Positions 46,431-59,483 of a stretch of 64,000 bases of DNA are shown here, piece by piece. The notes below the pieces were generated by a model. That model searched no databases. It worked only from the letters and a program-made list of their open reading frames with translations, and was not told the DNA's origin. Numbering within the stretch: the first letter of the stretch is position 1; every line of letters begins with the position of its first letter. The position numbers were made by a program, and so were the translations under genes. The stretch spans positions 587-64,586 of the forward strand of contig JAZNBJ010000037.1 in assembly GCA_045586965.1 (NCBI GenBank). The letters are read 5' to 3'. Source of the stretch: Candidatus Gastranaerophilaceae bacterium. GTDB taxonomy: Bacteria > Cyanobacteriota > Vampirovibrionia > Gastranaerophilales > Gastranaerophilaceae.

Positions 46431-48044
46431 TTATTCGTAGTATACATCTGTGTCTATCGTATTACCAGACATAGCATTTCCGTCTGCCATTACACAAAGT
46501 GTATTTATATCAAACCAATTATCTAAAACAGAACTAGAACCTTCTTTAAGAGTATTTGGATCATCCGCCATACTTGCCATAAGTCTTATCTTACATCCTT
46601 GTCCAGACGATGGTTTTACCCAAAAGTCAGGGAAACGCAAATACAATTGCAACGTACCTTCTCCTGCAGTATATGTAGCGTCTACATTTGTGGTAGTACC
46701 ATTACCATTCCATTCGTCGTTTGTCATTTGCGGATCTAAAATTACCTCTGCTATAATTGGAGTTTGAGAGCCAGAAGCATTTGTACAATACGCTCCAAAT
46801 TTTATACTATTGCCTGAATAAGATTTATCTGCTGTTTTTATCACAAAACCTTCACCAACCTTTTTTTCAACTTTCATTTGAATATATAGTGTACTCGAAT
46901 ACGCAGATATATTTTGAGATTGTTGCGAAGTTGGAAGATCGCTAGTTTTAAACTGTATCCACGGACTATAACTAATATTATATCCCCATTTGATATTAGT
47001 TAAATTACGATTAAACCAACAACCGAATTGAATTGGCCAACAGAAGCCAGGATTACCGTAAAATCCTACATACCCTGGAGCTGGAATTATTGTACCTTCT
47101 ACAGAAGGATCTGTGGTAACAACAGTCATGTCGCCTGCAGGAACAGAGTTATTGTTTGGATTAAAAAATATTTCTTCATTTGGATTTCCATTTGCTTCTT
47201 GTAACGCTAACATGAAATTAACAGTAGGACCGTTTTCACCAATATGCCAATAATTATCAACACCATATAAGTAATCAAGACAATCTTTTACATTCATCAT
47301 GAAACGTGGAGCCTAGTCGTACAACAAAGTTCTAGAAAACCATTTGCCCAATAACTCATTAGGGTACACGGCTTCTGTCCAGCTGCCTTCAGCGCTAACA
47401 TGCGGCCACATTTCCACTGCAAATCTTAATTCAGGTTGTCTTTGAAAAAATTCGAGTGTTGATACAAAACCATTGTTGTTTCCAGGTAATGCGTCAAATT
47501 CGATTGTAAAGTTTGCGTTTGGAAATAAATTTACAACCTTTAGATTTCCTGTAGAATCTATTAGTTCTTTTACTTCTGTATGAGGTTCTATAATTATAGG
47601 AGCTTCCGCATTATCTCTATAATATTCAAAATCGGTAAGCCTCATCCAATTTGTATTTACTACTGGCTTTTGATATTCCCATGTATATTGACTAAAGTAA
47701 GTTAGTAACCAGTCTTTTAGCTATTTACCAGATCTCATTGAGCTTGACGGCTTTGCGTTTAACCCCCAAAAAACTTGAGCACCGTTATCACCTTCTTTAC
47801 TTGGATCTTCTGTAACGTTTACAATGGTTCCATCTTCTTTTACAAACTAAATTGTTGAATAAGGGATAGATTCATAACTATTATTTTTAGTTATGTACGG
47901 TTTATGTTTACTCCATCTATTTATCTAATTGCTGGTACAAGCCTCAGCCAGATCATAGTAAGCACCAGATGGAGATATACCTAATACATGGTATACATCA
48001 TCCTTTAAACTAATAGGAGCTGTAATATATCCATTACTATTCAT
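46431..48044 (-). CDS. tail fibre / receptor-binding-type protein (537 aa)
   Basis: The frame runs from ATG 48044 to TAA 46431 with TAGs at 47925, 47847, 47721 and 47313. It joins track ORFs 46431-47300 and 47313-47645. Confidence 0.6.
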
Positions 48045-48288
48045 TTTCTATATTATTTAATTGTTCTAACTCTTCCTATGCCCACACTTGTTCATATTGT
48101 TCTAACATATCTGCAGGCATTGGTATTTCTTCAAAATGTTCTGGTAATTCTAACAGAGGCTCCTCTAGTTTCTTACCATTCAGATAGTATGTGTAGCCCA
48201 GAGATATTTCTGGACCAAACACATAGCCATCACTAATACGTCTAAACGTATTACCTCGTTTTGTTACTTTAATTGTTATCGGTTTCAT
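48034..48288 (-). CDS. small protein (84 aa)
   Basis: The frame runs from ATG 48288 to TAA 48034 with TAGs at 48076 and 48037. Confidence 0.5.
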
Positions 48289-48290
48289 AA

Positions 48291-51200
48291 TCAGTCAAAT
48301 AAATCTTCTGGAACATAATATCCTCTGTATAACCATTTTTTGTCGGTAGCATCGTATAAGTAATAGTAATCTTTTCCACAAGTATTTCCCCAAAAAGACC
48401 CGTATCTAGAACCATCGTTTACTGTAATTTCTCTATATTTTGGCCACTCATAACCATTAAAACCCCAATAACCAATGTAATTGTAATTTTCATCGTAAAA
48501 CATTAAATCACGAGGGCTGCCGCAACGGTTAGCGGCTTTTACTTGACCACCTCTGATTTTGTGCCCGGTGATTACATCAAGTTGTATTACAAAACAATCG
48601 TACCATCCGTCTACTAATTCACCAGTACTTGTAGAAAGACTTTTGTACTAAATTGCTTTGTTTGCATCATACACAATTACATCAAATACAAGTGATTTAT
48701 TTTTATCTAATTTGGATGTAGCTTTAATAGTGACCTTGTTTCCATTTGCACCAGCAGCTCCAGAAGCTAAACCTGTTTTATAATCAAAATTAATGTATTC
48801 TTCTCCTTCTAATATTTCCCAATTGACACCTTTTTCGTATGGGTAATCATCACCAAAATTAACCGCAATCAGCTAATTATACATTATAGTGCGTTTTGTC
48901 AAAGGATAAATCTCTCCCAATTGACTTAATGGTTTAACTACGTCAGAATAATTTGACCACATAGTTGCTGTTTTATAAAGATCTACACTATCGTCTGGAA
49001 CATATATATCTATAATTCTTGAATTGTAACCTACACTCTCGAAAGTGGGTGGAGTTTCTGCTTTACAAACAATTTTGTTTGCCAGCAATTGCCAACCAAA
49101 CTGTTTCATATACGTAAGTGTAGAAGGTAGTACAAGAAACTCACTATTATGACACGTGTGATGAACTGCACCTTTAACATCGGTAATTCCTTCGGGAATA
49201 ATTGTATAACTCAGATTATAACAACCGTCAACACCGGGAATGTGCTAAGGTTTATTGTTGATGTATTTAGGTAACGAATACGCATACATATTTTTGTTAT
49301 TTACAAAATAACCTCCCGATTCAAACATAATGCCATCAAAATATTTATATTCATAAAAAAAGTTAATCAGGTCATTGTCGCGGAAACAGTCATTAGTGGC
49401 ATCATTTCTTGCAGAAAATGATGTAACTGTTTTAATTTCATCCATAGTTACATATCCATCTTGATTTTCATCTACATAGGTGTCATTACCCCAATAAGAT
49501 TGCGGTCTTCTCCAACCAGCTTTCTTTTCTTTTAAAATTCTAAATACTTCAGGATCCTAAAATCTAACTGCATATCCTAATGCGTTGATTTCCAAATTAG
49601 GGAATTTCTCATTCAATACCTGTATTGAATCTTCATAAACATAACTATTTACATTTACAGTTCCACTGAGTACTGGAAGTGGGTCACTACCCGCTACACC
49701 TTCGTTGTTCAATCCTACATAAGAGCCATCAGCCAACTATGTCAATTTATCCAGTACAGATGAATCTTCAAAGTTAGAAGTAAAGTCTACAGCACGAACA
49801 CGTTTTAATGCGTGATCATCACCTTGTACAGATTGAATTTCCATTATATCGGTTAGCATTGTAAGAGGGTCTAACTTAGGACATTCTTGCACAAAGAAGT
49901 CTGTGATGTTTAAAGCACATTCGCCCATATCAATACCTTCTATAGTAAGTAATGGGAAGTTTCTAAGTGTGATATATTGATTATAAGGACCGTATTGAAT
50001 ATTCTAAAGCGCTCCACCAACAGGCAAAGTTAACTGTGTTATAGAAGTACCTCCTGCATATACGTTTCTAAGATGAGTACAACTACTCAATTCAATTTTT
50101 CCGGTAAGAGTAGATATGTTTCTCAAATCTACAGTTTGTAATGACACGCAATTACCAACGGTTAAATTTGATATTGAAATTGTTATAGGTTCTGTAGGAT
50201 GGCCTAAACGCAATTCACGTAACATTCTACCGGATACTTCCATTGTACCAGTCACGTTTTTATCATACCAATCACCAATATCTTGAAGATAAGAAGCAGC
50301 TTGTATATTATTTTGTTGGTCAGCGCTACCACCTAGAGACAAATGCATTGTGCACACTTCACCAGCTTTCGTTCTCGGTCCTTGTTTGATACTAGTACCT
50401 GTTGCAATCGCAGGATACATATCAATTGCCGGAGTAAGGTTATATGTAATATCCCAACCGGCAGCACGCACTGTAATAATGTCATCACCGTCTGCACTAA
50501 ATGTACCATACGAATATTTAGACATCATATACAATATACGTTTGCTAATCCATCTACGTTCTGCAGAATAGTGATCACCTAACGATTGTGTAATTGGGTC
50601 AGTGTCATTTGAATAGTTACCATTCATCTGAGCCCATTTAGCATCTTCGTAAGTCCATTTAGCATCTGCGTTATACAAAGACATTGGGAAATATTCTTGA
50701 GCTTGCTAGAAATAATACTTATCAAAGAAGGCATAAATACGATCGTAATAAGTACCATCCGTCTTACCACTAAGCGTTTCCATTGCCTTCATGAATTTAA
50801 CCATCTCTTGATTAATTTCTTTAGGAAATGCAGAATCTACAAGATTCCAGAATACTGAGGTAGCTCCATTCCACACAGGACCACCGTCTTCATAAGTATC
50901 GTGAGTTTCTACGTAGTATCCTTTTCTAGATTGACCCTGATTGGTAATAGGCCAAATGGTATCCATATCATCGCCTCTCCAACGGAATCTATAACCATCT
51001 GAAAGATTTCCAAATACATAAGGATAAGTATTCTTTGCTCTATTATCTGTAGCAGCATTAAATTCAACCCAGTTTCTATGGAATATTGCATCGTATAAAT
51101 CGAAGTAATTTTCCATCTCTTGTCTGAACTTTTGTATACGGGCTTTCTTAAACAACTCATTTAGTTCGTTTACGTTTTTGCCAAGAATTGTATCTTCACC

Positions 51201-54083
51201 AACTTCTGTGTTCGGCGTAGAAGACGATACTAGGTTATAACCTTTGTCTACTAATTGAGTATATAAGTTTATTGTAGTACCTCCTGGGTCTGAAGGAATA
51301 AATTTACCTTCTGCCATTTCGTAGTAATACAAATCACCACCTGTAACCCAGAATTCGTATGGTTCGTTTTTATAAGTATCCTTGTTTGCATTTAATTCTT
51401 CCGCTGTACCTTCAAATGGTTTTATTCTGTCACTGCAAGAGTAAGCGAAATTATATGCAGGCATCCATAGTCTTTCATAAATCTCTTTAACTCCTGCGGG
51501 ATCTTTTTTACTGTCAGAAGCACCTGCATCATAATCCCAAGAGTTTTCACCATTGTATTGATAAGATTCCTCTGACGGATTATACGCCATGTAAGATTTA
51601 TTTGGATTCCAGGGAACTCTAAACAAAGCAAACAATGGAGCATTATCTGCACCTTCAACACTCAATAAATTAGGATAATCATCTGTATCATAACCAAAAC
51701 ACAAGTCGTCACCTTTATCCGGACCCATTGTATACAAACCTATGAAGTTGTATTTATACGTACCTTCTTCTGTAAGCACTTTCTAGAAACCGACAAAAGG
51801 GTATTGATACACGGCAATTCTAGCGTTAGCTTCGTTGCTCAATCCAAGTTGTTGCCATATATCGTTAAACGCTGCAACAGAACCCATCTTATGACTATGC
51901 ATAGACGAAGCAAAGTTCTTCTTAGCAGTAAGGCGCTTAGACTTACTTGGCTTAGTTGGATCTTTGGTAAATCTCAATTTCTTGCCTGTTGTAGTTTCTG
52001 AACCATCCGCATACGTCATAATACTATCGTCTGCGAATTTCCAACGCAGATTCCACTTACGGTATTTCATTGAAGATGTACCTTGACCTCCTACAGGTGC
52101 ATTCTGAACAGTAAAATTCCAATCAGGATGATCGGCAAAGAATACTTCTAAAGTACCAACAATATCTTCAGACGTGTTATCTATAGAGGGAACATCACAG
52201 TCTATTACGAAACAATTGTATTGGTCTACTGTATTATCGTAATCTATCTGAGAACCTTCAGAATCATATATATCATTTGCCAACGAAATTTCATTTTTCT
52301 GCCCAGTACTAACCAGCCAGTTTATATAATTTTGTTGAACCGCACTAGCAGACAAACCGTTGTTGTATATTCTAATTCCGTATATGTCAACATCTGCGTA
52401 ATCCGAACCCAAAGTTATAGGAGTGTTGTGTGCAAAATAGTCATTGTTTGCATAAACAAATTCACGATTCTTCACACCGTTTATGTATATCACAGCAAGA
52501 TTAAATGCGTCGTTACCATAAGCTTTAGGTACAATAGTCAAAGTAAGTCTTATTCTTTCTCTTTCACAAATATTTATACTCTGTAGCTCTTCATTCTTTT
52601 GGGCATTAGAAAACATTACAACCTTTTCAGGATATACCTTCAAACCCACAAATCGCTCAACATTTGTTGCAAGATTGGTTACAGTTTCATTATAATCTGT
52701 AATGTTGTCAATTAAGAAATCTATTTCTATTGTTTTACCTATAAGAGCAGATTCTTGAGCGAAAGGATAATAATCTAGTACAGCTTTAGCGCCACCCATA
52801 AGGCGTAATATTCTGTTACCTTCTTTATCTGTAGTCCAGCCATCATTACCCCAGTTCATTCCTGTCCAGGTAACATTAATTTCAGAACCATCAATTGTAT
52901 TTGTAGCTTTGAGATAATTGGCTTGGTTATTACTTCTAGTACGAGGATTCATATAGAATACAGCACCAGCGGTAGCACCAAAACTCAAAGAGTTATCCAC
53001 AGGTATTTCAATAGATTCTAACAAAGTATCATCTTGATTTAATAAGTTTATTAAGATCTCAAAGTCATCTTTAGAATTTGTTTCGATTTCCATTGGGAAT
53101 ACAAACTCATTTCTTTGTTCAGTATTAATGCTGTCTTCCACAGATTCATACACCGTGTGTACATCCATTATGGCCTGGAAGTTCAAATACGAATAAGATT
53201 TACCTCCGTCATACAAACAGTATTCAAACATCTTGTTTTCACTCCAGTTAACAGCTTTGTCTATAATATTATTTATAGCAACGAACTTTCCAGTTTCTCC
53301 TGGTGTGATACATATTACTTCTACGTACTTAGATTGAGTAAACAGTGTACCTTCTCCATTACTTAAGTAATACTCTATAGTATACACTCCTGACTTTCCT
53401 GGATGTTTTACAGTATAAGGATATGCTGTATCTGTATAAGTACTATTACCTAGATTGGTTTCATATATTTGTGAATATTCTTCTCCAGTTACCTTTACAA
53501 ACAGTTTCTTTGAAGTATTACCACTAATAAAAAATGGCATACTAAAGTCTTCTTGAAAAGCTCTCCACCATTGGAAATTAGGAGCATCTACACCAAGAGA
53601 AGTTAATTGCACAGTATAAGTAATAGGGTCCGTTTGCATATCTGTGTTCTTACCAATAATTTGTATTTTAATGTTATTGGAACCTGCTGTCAGATATTCT
53701 GCCACATCTAATTTGATTTCTACTCCAGATGCTGTTTCAAACTCTCTAACTACTGTATAGTCTGGATACTTCGCGTTGGTTACCATTACAGTACATAAGC
53801 CAATTTCTCCAGTAGGTTTATAACCTTCTGTAAGATCTTCCATATACTGGCTCACAAAAGTGAAATTCAATATAGCAGGAGTACCCGCTTGTGCAGCCAA
53901 TGTAAGCGAACTCAAATTGTTTTTGATATTGACGCTATACACTATACCACCTTCTCCCATAACAGCGTTACGCAGCAGTTTAACCATATCCACCAATGCA
54001 TTAAACTCCTATGCAGACAACTAATGCAATCTATCTGTTATCGCAATCTTATCCGATTTTACTGGTATTTCATCTATTGTCAT
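48291..54083 (-). CDS. giant tail fibre/host-interaction protein (1,930 aa) with CotH-like region
   Basis: The frame runs from ATG 54083 to TGA 48291 with 10 in-frame TAGs. It joins eight same-frame track ORFs (48291-48503 ... 51783-53996). GGQGTSSMKYRKWNLRWKF and NRAKNTYPY...WRGDDMDTIW resemble CotH motifs (rGnsS..KKs.klkf and hNyy.y...WDlD). Confidence 0.65.
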
Positions 54084-54097
54084 ATTCTATTATTATA

Positions 54098-54304
54098 TTA
54101 TCCACCAAACGTAAAACCAAACGTATAGGCGAAATATTTATTCTCATCAGCTTTAACTCTATCTTTAAGACGTATTATCTACATCAACATGTTGAAGTAG
54201 TCGGTTGATAGTAAGTCTTTTCTATCGCCAACTATTTCAACAGCACTGATAGTAACTTTTCCATTTTCTAAAGTAACACCTTCTGTTACCTTTAATACGT
54301 TCAT
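54098..54304 (-). CDS. small protein (68 aa)
   Basis: The frame runs from ATG 54304 to TAA 54098 with one TAG at 54179. It is not in the track. Confidence 0.4.
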
Positions 54305-54364
54305 ACTATTATATTTTTAATCACTAACGTTATGTTTTAAAACGTAAATATTATGTTGTAAAAA

Positions 54365-56380
54365 TTAAGTATTTGCACCAAGTGCAGAAAGGAATTGATC
54401 TGTGTATAATCCATAATTAGCTTTTATTCTATAAGGATTACTTGTAGAGCCATCTCCTTCTAATGTGAACATTTGATTTAGTTTATTAACTAACGCAAGT
54501 AGATCGTCAGCAATCGCCTATTCTGCAGCCTTTGCTCGACTTATTTCATTATTCAAATTAGTCGTAAGAGTTTGTTCTGCAGCCTCGGCCCTAGTTATTT
54601 CAGAATTCAGATTAGTTGTAAGTGTAGATTCAGCTCCTTTAGCCCTAGTAACTTCAGCATTTAAATTTGTAGTTAATGTAGCTTCTGCAGATTTAGCTCT
54701 TTCTACTTCCGCAGATACTGCGTTAGAAACACTAGTTATACTTTGACTTATGCTGTTTGTTTTGGTATCAATTTCAGATTTAGTATATACAGATATATCT
54801 TTACTTACAGTAATAACTGTACCACTTTTTGTTACATCTGTTACAACATTACCTGCACCAGCAGACTATATGTTTGTGGCACTACCTGCTTCAAGAGCTT
54901 CAACCCTCTCTGTCAAATCATCATCAAACTAATCAAGTTTGTTCCAACAGTCTATTAGATATTTGTCAGTTACTAATTCCCAGCTGTAAGTTCCATTCAC
55001 GTTAGTAAACTAATAAACTAATCCTTTTGTGGTAATATAGTAATCGTCTATATGTTCGTTCTTTAACGCTGTGGTAGTCCATTGATTAGCAGGAGCATTG
55101 CTTAACGTAGGAGCAGCTTCAGATTCACCTTGCCATACATAGAACGGGTTACCTTCTTCTCCGGTTTGTACTACTTGGTTTATCCAGTAACCATCTTGAT
55201 AAACAAGGCCTTCTCCATTCTAAGGACTACTTATATTTACCCCAGCTAAATCTTTTAAAGATATACCAGTAACAGAACCGTCACTTGGATTTAACCCTTT
55301 AGCAGATAAGAACTACTCTGTCCATAAACCGAATTTAGCCTATATAGATTCGATTGTAACAGAAGTATCATTGTTAACAGTTATCTCAGAACCATCTTCA
55401 CCAATTAAACCAAATACTTTACTAAAGAATGCTATATCCAGTTTAGTGGCTAAGTTTTCTTCAGTAGTTGTTTTAAATGCTTGTAAGTCATCGTCTACAT
55501 CAGATATACTCTGTTCTAACGTAGTTACAGCTTCAGCTAATTCCGTCTTAGTTGCTTTTGTAGCTAACTCAGTATTAATATCTGTAACAACACCGTCAAT
55601 ACGAGTATTGATTGTAGATACGGCTGTACTAAGTTCATCTTTACTAGCCTTTGTGCCAAGCTAAGTCTCTATACCTGATATAGAAGTATTTAAACCAGAT
55701 ATAGTAGAATTAAACGTAGAAGTATCTACTTTAGATGATATAGCATCTGTAATATCCTAAGTAGTAGCATAACTATTTCTACTTAAGTAATCCTCTAGCT
55801 AAGACTCATCTAAACCACCGCTTTCTATCAGCTGATTGATCCATTTTGTTCCATTCCATACAATAGACTAACCTTCATTTAATTCAGAAAACTATACATC
55901 ATTTAAAGAAGCTAAGGTTAAAGATACTTCTCCATCTGCTGGATTTAACCCTTTAGCAGAAAGAAATTCATTTGTCCATAAACCAAATTTAGCTTGAATT
56001 GATCTAGTTAGATCTACGACTCCGTCGTCGTGTAGATCTAATTCATTTCCATCTGCGTCAATTAAACCAAATACAGAACTAAATAAATCTTTACTTAGAT
56101 AATTGTCTAGCTAATCGGTTGTTGCTATCTCCTGTAATTTGTAATGCTTTTTACCATCTTCTGTAGAGATACTTTCGTCTGGGACAAGTCTATATGTTTT
56201 ATTATTCTCTGTTACAGATATAATCTAACCGTCTATGGGCACGTACTTGACATCATCCGTATTTGCAGCATATGTCTAAGCATCAGCCAACGTTGTCCAC
56301 ACCTCAGTGCTATCTATGCTCTTTGAATTTGTTCGTCTATACTATAAAGCAAACGACGCTCCGCTTATTTGTAATGCCAT
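54365..56380 (-). CDS. tail fibre with coiled-coil repeats (671 aa), completely missed by the ORF track
   Basis: The frame runs from ATG 56380 (2 nt after the upstream TAA) to TAA 54365 with 16 in-frame TAGs. It has serial ...TLTTNLN(A/S/N)E(V/I)(T/S)RA(K/E)(G/A)AE... heptad-type repeats and three copies of a (A/N)(K/Y)FGLWTxxFLSAxGxN motif. Confidence 0.65.
55287..55339 (-). repeat. 53-nt intragenic direct repeat, copy A
   Basis: About 44/53 identical to 55941-55993. It encodes the AKFGLWTE[TAG]FLSAKGLNP motif. Confidence 0.8.
55941..55993 (-). repeat. 53-nt intragenic direct repeat, copy B
   Basis: GGATTTAACCCTTTAGCAGA...TGTCCATAAACC.AATTTAGC is shared with 55287-55339. It encodes AKFGLWTNEFLSAKGLNP. 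Confidence 0.8.
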
Positions 56381-56382
56381 AA

Positions 56383-58011
56383 TTAGTTAGTTTTAAATGT
56401 AAATTTATCCGCATCGTTTTCAGTCTCAGTTTGTATCAAATACATTTTGTATTCAGATGCAGTATGTCCGTTAGCACCTTCTACCATGATTGTGCCATAA
56501 TACTGGCAAACACCAGTATCTTCTACAAAATTACCAGGATATGCGGTTAATGTTAAACTAGTTAAACTGTCAGAAGGAATACATATTACAAACTTTGTCC
56601 ATTTGCCTATATTGAAACTGTAAGTTCCAGCTCCTTTGTACAAACCATTACTATCCAAATTCCTTACCTCTGCAGAAGTAGTAGGTACTACATCTACAAT
56701 TCCAGCAAACCACTTTCTATATACATTTACAGATATTGTACTAGTTAATGTTTGTTGTGGTACTTCAAGTTCTTCGTTTGCGGCAAATACAACTGTAGCT
56801 TTGTAAGTTTCTCTTGCAGTATGCTGTCCTGTTAAATTTCTTGTAGCCGTTTGTTTACCAGATGAATCTTCTGCACTAAACGAAAGTTTACTTGCTGTAT
56901 TTCCATCATAGTAAGCATCTGTCATAGCACCGTTATCATTACGATATGTTGTATACGTTAAAGTACCCTTGGTAGATCCTATCTCTAAATCTGTACTAGT
57001 TGATATTTTACCAGACAATGTAGCAGGTGTTGCTTTATATAACATCTTACGGAATATCTCTTCCCAACTTGTACCTTTTGCAATTGTGTTTCCGTTAGAA
57101 TAATAACCTACAGTAGTTGTTACTAATATATCTTCTTCTAATACAGAACTGCCGCTATTACCACCTCCACCTGAGCCGGGTGTGCCATTTGGGCCTAATG
57201 CGCTGATAAAACTGTTACTAAAAAAGCCTCTGTCGTCAACAGGATATATAGCTCCTGTAGTTTCGTCTATGGCAAACCACTTATCCATTTCTTTGGAAAA
57301 ATATACGCCAAATTCAGATTTATCAACTTTTTCATCAAGTTTTTCATCTACATACGATTTCTTAGCGTAGTCCTTAAGATCTTCGTCGCTAACAGATCCC
57401 CCGGTCTATACAGTTTCATTAACCCAGTATCCGTTGCGATAAACTAACATCTAACCGTTGTATACAGGCTGACTTAAATGAACGTCTTGTAGTTCGTACA
57501 AATGACTATAAGGAGTATTGTCTGTACCAGAATCTCCAGAAGTACCTTTTACAGATATGAAGTGTTCTGTCCAGAAACCATATCTGGCTTTAATACTTGC
57601 AATTTCTGTAGTAGAATCATTTGGATCTATTTCATTACCGTTTGCATCAATTGCAACAAACAGTTTGTCAAAGTAATCATTATCTAATTTGTTATAGGCG
57701 TTACCTTCACCATCACCAATAATATCACTTATTGGTTTAGCAATCCATTGATTACTACCTTCAACTTGTACAAGAAATCTATCTTCTGTAGCAGCTTCAT
57801 TCGCCCAAGTACCGACATTGGTTAAGTCTCCTAAACCAAGTTCTACAGGCTCTTGTGAACCACCTCCACCTTGTATAATAACAGTACTGCCACCACCTCC
57901 AACCGCTGATGCAGTTGAAGATGATGGTGTTATGCCTCCAGAAGTAGTGTTTCCGTATACAGCTCCTGTTACAAATTTATTATGTTTTGTTCTATCAAGC
58001 TTCATATTCAT
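56383..58011 (-). CDS. tail fibre protein (542 aa)
   Basis: The frame runs from ATG 58011 to TAA 56383 with TAGs at 57451 and 57406. It joins track ORFs 56383-57288 and 57451-58011. It contains Gly-rich linkers and ARYGFWTEHFISVKG, related to the motif in 54365-56380. Confidence 0.65.
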
Positions 58012-58648
58012 TTAATGCTGCTACACCGCTTTGTGATGTAATGTTACCTACTGCACTAATTTCTCCACCAGCAGTCATATTTCCTGTAGTAGCAACAGAC
58101 AATACAGACAAATCACCTTTTATGTGAGTTGGGTTGATTTCTTCATTTGTTGGAGCGTTAAGTAATTCCCACATTAATGTAGAATCAAATCCAGTACCAG
58201 TACCTGAATTAGTGTTAACTGTCATATTAATCCATTTGTTAGTAGTAACATCATAACACAGAGCTTGCTTGTCTGACAGTGTTCCTGATATATTTACATC
58301 TGTCAAATCTCTAAGCATAGTCACAGCAGTAGCAGAACCTCCTACCATATTGTCTAGGTTAAAGTTAGTCCATCTGTCGCCGTCATAATGAAGAATATCA
58401 CCAACAGCTAACTCTTTGGAATCCAAATCAACATCTATCAAATTAGATAGTTTGTTTACAAAACCTATTTGAGTTTGCATCTAGGTAATATTTTCACTCA
58501 AAGTATTTACCTGCACATTTACTTCAGATAGTTCAGTCTTAGTTGCACGATTATCTACTTTAGTTTGTAACGTTTCGATGCTATTTGTATTTGACTTAAC
58601 TTGAGCCTATATTTTTAATAAAAGTTCTTCTATTTGTTCTAGTGTCAT
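57995..58648 (-). CDS. tail fibre-associated coiled-coil protein (217 aa)
   Basis: The frame runs from ATG 58648 to TGA 57995 with TAGs at 58607 and 58481. It overlaps the next gene by 17 nt. Confidence 0.6.
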
Positions 58649-58842
58649 AATACTACTAATTTATTCAATAAGTCTTTCAACTTATTCTATTGTTCTAAAG
58701 TAAGCTCGTATGGTTGTTCTAATAACTTTTCTATATACATAGCACACACCGCGTCTTGTATCGCTCTACGATCGTATGCTATATTGTATTTAGTTATTTT
58801 ATTATACTGCTTACTTATTGTATATAATTCTTTACTCAACAT
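58645..58842 (-). CDS. small protein (65 aa)
   Basis: The frame runs from ATG 58842 to TGA 58645 with one in-frame TAG. It overlaps both neighbours, including an ATGA overlap downstream. Confidence 0.4.
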
Positions 58843-59354
58843 AACGTACAAACCCCATTATTACAATATCTAGATTTACCTCCGTTACAACTAACACATG
58901 TTTTAAATGGCTTATTGTTTACGTTCATTTTTAGATCAATACTTAGCATTCTAGCTAGATCTTTGTAGTAATCTATCTGGTCATCTAACAGATTATTTGC
59001 TACAGCGTAATCCAATAACTATTGTTTCATCACAAACAGCACCATTCTATCTTTTTGTTGTTTATCCAAACATGTGCTACAGTAAGTAGTCATTAGTTCA
59101 ACTTGTCTGTAGTACAGTTCTTTCTTGTCATAGTAGAATGCGACTTCACCGTTTACATTTACTATAAATGCGCTTCTATCTAATTCTGGTTCTAACCACG
59201 ACAAAGGAAAGCTTATTGTATTATCCGCAACTGCGAATTCTTCTACCTTATATGTGTGATCTTCACTCTTTTCAGAATATTTGTTTTCTTCATTTTCTAC
59301 TATGTCAATGTAGATCGTTGGTATTGCGTCTACATCGTAAATCTGTTCAGACAT
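58836..59354 (-). CDS. protein with C-terminal Cys cluster (172 aa)
   Basis: The frame runs from ATG 59354 to TGA 58836 with one TAG at 59019. Cys motifs are CSTCLDK and, at the C-terminus, CVSCNGGKSRYCNNGVCTLC. Confidence 0.6.
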
Positions 59355-59408
59355 AGTTATTGATAATACATCTCCTAATATCTATATACCTATTATATTC
59401 ATAATACT

Positions 59409-59451
59409 AAAAATAAAAAGGGCTACTAGGCCATTACAGCCCAATAGCCCT
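59409..59451 (-). terminator. Rho-independent terminator after gene 59484-60482
   Basis: On the minus strand the stem is AGGGCTA...TAGCCCT, followed by TTTTTATTTTT (A-run 59409-59419 on +). Confidence 0.6.
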
Positions 59452-59483
59452 AAAGTTTAACTTAAAACCTGTAATTACTCAGA

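Noticed and set aside
54300-58700. CRISPR array or DGR template/variable repeat pair in the repeat-rich fibre region
   Set aside because: The repeats are in-frame coding repeats of unequal spacing, about 83 percent identical, with mismatches at all base types rather than A-specific. I saw no reverse transcriptase (YxDD) ORF and no spacer-repeat periodicity.
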